A stretch of 64,000 bases of DNA, taken from positions 384,001 through 448,000 of the forward strand of contig CAVYIM010000004.1 in NCBI GenBank assembly GCA_963768655.1. The letters run 5' to 3'. The first letter of the stretch is position 1, and each line of letters starts with the position of its first letter. This DNA is from an uncultured Chloroflexia bacterium (GTDB taxonomy: Bacteria; Chloroflexota; Limnocylindria; Limnocylindrales; CSP1-4). Shown here piece by piece: positions 63,335 to 64,000 of the stretch. Made by a program: the position numbers and the translations under genes. Below the pieces are notes generated by a model. The model ran no database searches. It had not been told where the DNA came from and saw only the letters and a list, made by a program, of their open reading frames with translations.

Positions 63335-64000
63335 ATGGCCATATTCGCTGAGCGTGTTGACGCGTTGCTGGGCGACTTCTTCCGCCTCTATCCGGTAGCC
63401 GCGACGGCCGCCGGCAATCACGCTCACGACGGTGAGTGGCCGGATCTGACCGAGGCCGGTCAGGCTGACAGGCTGGCCTTCATCGACGACTGGAACGCCG
63501 AGCTGCAGGCGATGCCGGACGCGTCTCTGACACCCGATGAGAGGATCGACCGCGACCTCCTCATCTCGGAACTGGCGGCTCTGCGGTTCGACGAAGTCGA
63601 GCTCTGCGAGGCCGGTTGGGATCCGCTCAGCTACATCTACCTCCTCGGCGGCGGGATCTTCCCGCTGTTGGCCCGTGACTTCGCCCCACTTCCCATACGT
63701 CTGGCCAGCGTCGCTTCACGGCTGGAGCGGGTTCCGGCGGTCCTGAAGGCCGCGAAGAGTCAGCTCGGCCGAATCAACGGCCGGCCGGTTTCGAAGCTGC
63801 ACCTGGAGACGGCGCTTCGGCAGCTGCCCGGGATAGGCGCGCTCGCGGACGACGCCCTGGCCCAGGCCCTGGCGGCCGCGTCGGATCCCGCGGTCGCCGC
63901 CCTCGCGCCTCGCCTCGAGAAGTCCGCCGCGACCGCCCACAGGGCGCTCGGTGGCTTTGCGAGCTACCTGAAGAGGGACCTGCTGCCGCGATCGCACGGC
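63335..64000 (+). CDS. DUF885-family protein; runs off the right edge
   Basis: GGAGGAG RBS; manual translation MAIFAERVDALLGDFFRLYPVAATAAGNHAHDGEWPDL..DERIDRDLL..WDPLSY..PLLARDFAPL..RL. Confidence 0.8.
   Translation, partial: MAIFAERVDALLGDFFRLYPVAATAAGNHAHDGEWPDLTEAGQADRLAFIDDWNAELQAMPDASLTPDERIDRDLLISELAALRFDEVELCEAGWDPLSYIYLLGGGIFPLLARDFAPLPIRLASVASRLERVPAVLKAAKSQLGRINGRPVSKLHLETALRQLPGIGALADDALAQALAAASDPAVAALAPRLEKSAATAHRALGGFASYLKRDLLPRSHG

Overview
High-GC bacterial chromosome segment. Gene content and style suggest a monoderm Chloroflexota or Actinomycetota-like organism (inference). Positions 1-20.4 kb form a coherent cell-surface glycan locus: two GH5 glycanases, a GT-C-type membrane glycosyltransferase, three very large secreted proteins (PQQ-type propeller, glucose/sorbosone dehydrogenase, Ig-like) that all end in the same Ig + ConA-like lectin module (two copies are a near-identical 896-bp repeat), a small secreted protein with a PEP-CTERM-like VPEAP tail, an exosortase-EpsI fusion and a processive GT2. 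This exosortase/glycan system is the best candidate for an undescribed system. The rest is mostly housekeeping: TetR, peptidase S51, lipB, a GalT-like protein with Cys in place of the catalytic His, two ECF/anti-sigma pairs, a pyr operon (pyrR-B-C, two unknown genes, pyrK-D-E) with a PyrR RNA site, DsbA-like, GNAT, beta-CASP nuclease, xth, ACT/DUF5612, MarR-ABC, LOG, a GNAT-Rieske fusion, F420-LLM, sodX-sodN, ferric reductase/FMN-binding pair, LysM, TPM-DUF2207, yitJ-like, holin-like and DUF885. Four apparent +1 frameshifts (one in pyrE) are most simply sequencing indels. No rRNA, tRNA, CRISPR or transposase was recognised. All family assignments are from motif recognition by eye, not database searches.
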